Shown one piece after another: positions 61,160-64,000 of a stretch of 64,000 bases of DNA. The notes below the pieces were generated by a model that had not been told where the DNA came from, did not search any database, and was given only the letters and a program-made list of their open reading frames with translations. The position numbers were made by a program, and so were the translations under genes. This DNA is from Schmidtea nova (taxonomy: Eukaryota). Location: assembly GCA_044892505.1 (NCBI GenBank), contig CM097882.1, positions 431,086,001 to 431,150,000 of the forward strand, in the 5' to 3' direction. How positions within the stretch are numbered: position 1 is the stretch's first letter; each line of letters starts with the position of its first letter.

Positions 61160-61610
61160 GTATAAAATGTGGGTTTCTTGGTAGAAGCATTAATTAAATA
61201 ATAATTTTCTATTATAAAACAATCCTGAAAGTTTTCATCTAATAAAACTTTGTAGCAAAGGCTTATTTTATTATTTTGTTATTTATAATTACTTAATATT
61301 TAATAAATTCTGCTTCCAGGAAAAAACAAAATATTGATCGATAAAATATGAATAAGATACAAGATTTTTGACTTTNNNNNNNNNNNNNNNNNNNNNNNNN
61401 NNNNNNNNNNNNNNNNNNNNNNNNNNNNNNNNNNNNNNNNNNNNNNNNNNNNNNNNNNNNNNNNNNNNNNNNNNNNNNNNNNNNNNNNNNNNNNNNNNNN
61501 NNNNNNNNNNNNNNNNNNNNNTGATCTTTTTTTATTATTATTATCAATAATTCTCATAATGACTATAGATATTTTGTGTTATTGTTTATAAAAAAAATTT
61601 GATCTATAGT
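61160..61610. mobile_element. PLE leader/pLTR fragments around gaps
   Basis: tataaaatgtgggtttcttggtagaagcatt matches the leader at 10881; reverse pLTR at 61522-61570. Confidence 0.6.
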
Positions 61611-61855
61611 NNNNNNNNNNNNNNNNNNNNNNNNNNNNNNNNNNNNNNNNNNNNNNNNNNNNNNNNNNNNNNNNNNNNNNNNNNNNNNNNNNNNNNNNNN
61701 NNNNNNNNNNNNNNNNNNNNNNNNNNNNNNNNNNNNNNNNNNNNNNNNNNNNNNNNCACTATTTTTTAAAATACATTATTGCAATATATTTCCACAGCTA
61801 AGCTGTCATCATCAGGTTTTAAACAAATTCAATAAAATAAAAATTGATCTATTTA

Positions 61856-62471
61856 TGCGTTTATTAGTGATTACATAATCACATATGCACAATCCTATAA
61901 AGCTTTTATTAACCCTAATAAAAATTATTAAATACTCTCAAAATGCATGTAGATTTTGCATTTTGTATGTCTCGCATTCATAATAATTTTTAAAACCCCC
62001 AGACAATATTTTGACATTGGAAAATCAATGCTTTTCTTCAAAATATTATAATGTTCAATAATTAAAATTAATATGCAAAGTTCGGACCATGTTCAGTAAT
62101 AAATCTTAGATGGCATTTGGTCTGTGATCTGATCTCGTATATCGTTTTATTTGTAATGGCTCTAATGCCACATACACTGGAGAGAGTTAAAACCATGTCA
62201 AAAAGCGCAGAAAGAGTAATATTATTGAGCATAATAAGACATGCAAGAAAAGCAGTGATATTTCCACTGTCAAAAAATTGTCTAGGGGTTTTAAAAATTA
62301 TTATGAATCTGTGAATTGGGAGGGTTTGATGATAAAATCATTTAATCCTAAAATAAACATACAAAATGCAATATCTACATGCATTTTGAGAGTTTTTAAT
62401 TAATTTTATTAGGGATAATAAAAGTTGTATTGTATTGCGCGCATGTGATTATGTAATCACTATTAAACGTA
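61856..62471. mobile_element. Foldback MITE with ~210-bp imperfect inverted arms
   Basis: t(g/a)cgttt(a)tagtgattacataatcacat...aaaatgcatgtagat...taataatttttaaaacccc mirrored at both ends; apparent TTA flanks. Confidence 0.75.
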
Positions 62472-62673
62472 TTAATAAGATGAGTTTTTAGTTAATTGAA
62501 TTTGTTTATTACCTATTTTAAAAAATGGTGTTCTTTTANNNNNNNNNNNNNNNNNNNNNNNNNNNNNNNNNNNNNNNNNNNNNNNNNNNNNNNNNNNNNN
62601 NNNNNNNNNNNNNNNNNNNNNNNNNNNNNNNNNNNNNNNNNNNNNNNNNNNNNNNNNNNNNNNNNNNNNNNNN

Positions 62674-62865
62674 TTTGATCTTTTTTTATTATTATTATCA
62701 ATAATTCTCATAATGACTATAGATCAAAAATTTTTTTTTATAAACAATAACACAATATTTCGGCACAGCCTTTATCAAGTGTGTATTGATAAAGGCTGTG
62801 CCGAAATATTGTGTTATTGTTTATAAAAAAAAATTTTTGATCTATAGTCATTATGAGAATTATTG

Positions 62866-62942
<77 letters not shown>
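62674..62942. mobile_element. Head-to-head PLE pLTR palindrome with hammerhead motifs (62746-62786 -, 62786-62818 +), ending in (TTA)n
   Basis: Near-perfect ~90-bp arms around gtgtgta, followed by a long (TTA)n run. Confidence 0.85.
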
Positions 62943-63168
62943 TAAATTTATTCAAGACACAATAAAGATATATCAACAACAATAATTACTAATAATAAAA
63001 ATGCTAATTATGTTCAGAAGAAATTATAATAATAGTAATAATAACGTTTAATAGCTTATTTTATATTGAAACTTACCCAATTAATTTATTATATTTTTAT
63101 AATTGTTTGAGAATAAATTAATTATCTTATATATAAAGCCAAGAACAAAGAAAAAATTATTCTCTCAT

Positions 63169-63755
63169 TTATATTTTCATAAACATTGAATATACCACAT
63201 GCACAATTCCATACAAATGGTGGGTCACTATTGTAACTATTATAACAAAAATTATTAAACTTACACTATTTTTGATACATCTGGTACACTTACCACACAG
63301 CATTTTCAATATGACAAATCCAACTCCAAAAACGAAGCCACCAACAGGGAAAAGGAATAATACGAACAGTCTACTCAGAACCAATTGTTTAGATGACGGG
63401 AGATTGGTCAGGGCTGATCTTGCACATGGACCTTTGCCAAAATAACTGAAAATATTAGAAAGCATTTTAACATACGACTTGTTCTTTTGAAAAATACGAA
63501 CTCGAAAATTAAATATTGATTAAATTAATAACTAAAATAATTTTTGGGTAAATCCATCAGGATTTTTAAATTGACATGAAATTAATTTTTTTAAAAAATC
63601 TTAAACTTGAAAAGGTAAGCCTTCGAACACAGTTAGTTTTCTATAAAATGATAAAACCTGGCCGCCAGTCCTTCTAGAATCAGATGCATAAATATATTTG
63701 GCATTCTCCAAACTATAGTCAATGCTGGAAATTGGTCTGCTATTAGAAATCGCAT
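63169..63755 (-). CDS. Putative small two-exon membrane protein (or 3' part of a larger gene)
   Basis: Exon 63755-63658 joins 63445-63169 in frame through a 212-bp GT-AG intron: MRFLIADQFP...LEGLAA-S-YFGKGPC...LFVLFLFPVGGFVFGVGFVIL...LIIFVIIVTIV; two hydrophobic stretches, no recognised family. Confidence 0.3.
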
Positions 63756-64000
63756 TTAATATCACGGACACGCAGAATTATCCGTCAAACATTTGATTCA
63801 ATCTTTTTATATTCTTCAATTTGTTTTGCTTAATATTTTTAAATAGATTTTCATTTTTAATAGTTTACTAGGAAATGAAACGAAAAACATAAAAAAATTA
63901 TCCGTTGAACCATTTGAGAAATAATGTCTGATAAATGATAATTTTTACATTGTTAATATCACGTAATAATCATCATCGTCACGCTTCAATGGATATCGTG

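Noticed and set aside
9835-62673. ORF-track entries spanning N runs
   Set aside because: Artefacts of undetermined bases; only the part after the gap at 14114 (TM exon) is supported.
11415-62818. Repeated ~40-bp motif as a CRISPR array
   Set aside because: Copies are dispersed, on both strands and embedded in a longer conserved pLTR; no unique spacers, no cas genes, eukaryotic context.

Overview
AT-rich eukaryotic (animal-like) genomic DNA with assembly gaps; no bacterial operons, rRNA, tRNA or CRISPR were seen. The host cannot be identified from sequence alone; the ~42-52 bp introns and low GC would fit a compact-intron parasite such as a myxozoan (inference only). Host genes: (1) a ~30 kb + strand multi-exon receptor-type protein tyrosine phosphatase (FN3 repeats plus a kringle, one TM helix, one PTP domain, C-terminal YxN) whose large introns are filled with mobile DNA; (2) an intronless Na+/K+-ATPase beta subunit (- strand); (3) an intronless 2258-aa acidic protein with about 24 [DE]-x-[VILM]-Y-[DE]-[DE] motifs alternating with a basic helical repeat. 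Mobile DNA: a full-length but disabled Ty3/gypsy element, six solo LTRs of a second family (five with 4-bp TSDs) plus a truncated copy, a 5'-truncated Penelope-like element (RT + GIY-YIG), a Merlin element with TIRs and 8-bp TSD, a decayed Polinton/Maverick capsid-protease block, and mariner/Tc1, hAT, piggyBac and MITE remnants. The most notable non-coding signal is a minimal type I hammerhead ribozyme variant (U3-A8 core, extra nucleotide after A9, palindromic dimer-only stem III) in about 12 copies. It sits in the Penelope pseudo-LTR, in tandem non-autonomous units and in dispersed head-to-head palindromes.
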